DNA from: Squalus acanthias | Taxonomy: Eukaryota | Assembly: GCA_030390025.1 (NCBI GenBank) | Contig: CM059432.1 | Span: forward strand, 77,564,001-77,628,000 | Length of the DNA stretch: 64,000 nucleotides | Direction: 5' to 3' | In this document: positions 61,271 to 64,000 of the stretch, piece by piece | How the letters are laid out: each line of letters begins with the position of its first letter | How positions within the stretch are numbered: the stretch's first letter is position 1 | Notes under the pieces: model-generated | Seen by the model: only the letters and a program-made list of their open reading frames with translations | Database searches by the model: none | Told to the model about the DNA's origin: nothing | Made by a program: the position numbers and the translations under genes

Positions 61271-64000
61271 GCTGATCTGATAGATGGCAGGTAAAGTGGA
61301 GATCATGCCAATGTAGTGAGAGTGGCTTCCAAAGTTACAGAAATCACCTGCAAACTCCTGAAAGCAAAATCTGTGCACAAAATGGTGTCAGCAAGAGCCT
61401 TTCCCTTAGGCAAGGAAGCAGGTATAAGGTGTGTGCATTTATGTGCTTTTTCCAGCTGTCCCTTAATGAACTCGCACAATGGCCACTGAGCTCTCACCTC
61501 CCCTTCACAGGCAAGCTTCAGGCAGTCCATGAATCCTGTGCACAAGCAGTAAAAGCTGAAACCTCAAGTTAAAAAGCCTCTTGAGGGTCTCTCACCGAGC
61601 TGTTAACTACTTCAATGAGGTCGCCTTGGGTCCGTGGCATGCTGGGAAACTCACCCGAGTTAAAGGCGAAAGTCGACGGGATGAAGGCGGGTTCCCGACA
61701 CACTGTCAATTTCCACACTTTTAACTGCTGACCCGCTCGCGAACCCGCACTCTCTGCAATGGGAAAATTCCGGCCCTAATGTGTGGGCCAAAATGTGAGA
61801 TTTAACATGGGACCTGAATTCCATTAATATGCCATTTAAATGAGGCTCGTGTTTGCCTGTGACGCAGCTTCACTCGAGCTCCCAAGCTCACACATCACAA
61901 AATGCACAAGCCATGCGCCCAATCCTATGCCCCGCATCGATCGCCAGTGACACTCTGCGCTGCCAACGGAATCTTGAAAAATTTATGCATAGATTTCAAG
62001 ACTGAAAACCATTCTAGAAATTCAGATGGCATCATTATCAGTAAGAGTGGTTTGTTCATCAGCTGAACCACATGTCTGAATGACTGACTGTAGTACACTG
62101 ACAGACAGCTAGTACATTTAACATAATATGGAACATTAATTTTGGACAATGCTGGTTATTTTGATATCACAGGTTAGAGCCAAGTGATGTGGGGAAGAGT
62201 TATTTTAGATGGTGATATACAGCAAAATTTACCATCCTTTCATAATATTGTCTGATCGTCTCCAGATTTTAAGGTAAGCTTTTCCTATAGATGCTGCACA
62301 GCTATAAATTCTCGCCCTTCCAGCTTTTGTATAATAGCAGAAGAGTCACAGTGTAATCTGGAGGAGACACCTTTGGCCTGTGTTGTGTATCTCAGTGTAA
62401 TATAGGACAACATTGCAGTAACATCAGCATGAGTTCAGAAACTTGCTTAGCTTCTGGCTATAGCAACCAATACAAAGCCCACAGCTGTAAATTCTGCAGA
62501 CATCAAAGCACTAGTGAATCTACCAATGTTGTTCTAGGTATGTGAACCGTGATAGCGACTCAATTGCTTTTGCCTAATGAACTTGGCTTTCTTTAAAACC
62601 CATATTTTCTGCAATACAGGCCTCTAATATCAGCCACGTTCTAGGGGATCAGACAAGGTAAAGATATGTAGCTTTGTATTTGCTCTGATGATTTTTGATA
62701 ATGTACTTAACCAACATCATTCATGTATTTCTGAAGCACACTGGATGATAAGCTCAGATCAGCTACAAATACCACCGTGTAGCCTACACTTCATCTAGGC
62801 TGCAAGAGATCTAATTAAAACCGATGTACCAATTTAGTCATCTCTTCATCACAGGTGGGCCTGAATTAATGGGAAAATGGAAGTAAATTACCTACATTTG
62901 GCACATCCAGATTGGTGGGCTAATCCTTCAGCAGTGACGTGTGATAAACATGACAAGGTAACCTTCTTATTTTTTTCAAAAAGTAGTTCATTTTTAATTT
63001 AATTTCAATGTTACTGTGGGGCAAATCAGTAATACAGGCTAAGATCTGCAAATGCCTACATTCTCTCTCCGCAGTCTTTAATTACAGGCAATGAAACTGT
63101 CTTCAGATTTTTCATAGTAAGTTCATACATTGTCTTCTGGAGGAAGAATATATAAATCAGACCAGTTAATCCAAGTTTAGAAGATTATTTACTGTCCTAT
63201 CTTCTGATTAAACTGCAGCACTCAGAGCATCATGTTTAACAGAGCCAGCAGTTAGTCCTTCTACTCCATTCTAAGCATGCTGTTATAATCAAAATCGAGA
63301 ATGGTATATCTTGATCTTAAGATAGTTTAAATTATGTGTTTGAAAACAGTTTTCTTATTTTTTTTTAAAAACAAATTGATTCTTTTTATTTCTTAATTAG
63401 ATCCTTAGTGTTGTTGCCCCTCTGCCTCCCCTTCTCCTTAAGCCATAAGCTAATGGAATGGCTCTCTGGGGTATGATATGCCCTGTGCATTTTTAATTGT
63501 ACTAACTGGAGCCTTACATCTGAAGTGCTCTGTTCACATCAATCCAAATATATTTCCAATTAGTGGTGGCAAACTCTTGACCGTTTTCCCGAGCCCATTT
63601 ACTTGTGACTTTGGGCGATTACCAAAGTTGTTCTGCGATTTATCATTAGGAGACAAACATTCACTGTGTGGGCTCGAACCCCTGGAAGCTTTTCCATCTT
63701 GCTCAAATAAAGCATTGTTCTGCCATATTGGCAGAGAACTGGTAAAAATTCTCTGAGTGAAGGTAGTGAAGTGGAAGCAGCATTCAAGGTTGGGTTCAGA
63801 AGCTGGAGTCTATGGTATATCTTCCCAAAAGGCAACAATCTTGTTCACATCCACAAACTGTGGAGCAGTCTGAAGTTGTATTAAAAATACAAAATGCAGA
63901 GCAGGTTTATCACCATCTGAATGGGAAAGACAGGATAATGTTCTGAGCGCAACCTTTCATCTGAACCAACCTATCTATACCAGACAGGTACTGGCTGACC

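Larger units (their letters stand above)
57573..61776. mobile_element. Full-length but degenerate PIF/Harbinger transposon (family 2, copy C)
   Basis: Left terminus GGGCTGAATTTT after CTA; right terminus AAAATTCCGGCC(C) followed by CTA/TAA (end 61775 or 61776); convergent Myb and transposase genes. Confidence 0.93.

Overview
Eukaryotic, repeat-dense, apparently intergenic DNA. The CR1/L2/SINE families resemble those of cartilaginous fishes (shark-like); this is inferred from remembered repeat sequences, not a search. No host protein-coding gene is evident. The window is dominated by PIF/Harbinger DNA transposons. One is a young, complete 4.15-kb element (26692-30840, TAA target duplication) with an intact 386-aa DDE transposase and a convergent 3-exon Myb/SANT gene broken only by one extra base in a homopolymer. 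There are also an 893-bp non-autonomous derivative of it, three degenerate copies of a second family, and many Harbinger-type MITEs. Other elements are many CR1-superfamily LINE fragments, a degenerate Ty3/Gypsy (Mag-like) retrotransposon with a tRNA-Ser primer-binding site, three Penelope-type terminal fragments carrying minimal hammerhead ribozyme cores, and old SINEs. The most unusual object is a 1.43-kb non-autonomous hAT (Charlie-like) element at 47306-48733. It interrupts a SINE with an 8-bp TSD, carries the 5' coding start of the host gene TPP2 including the catalytic Asp motif, and has a second, internal right end: a Pack-TIR-type gene-capture element apparently built in two steps.
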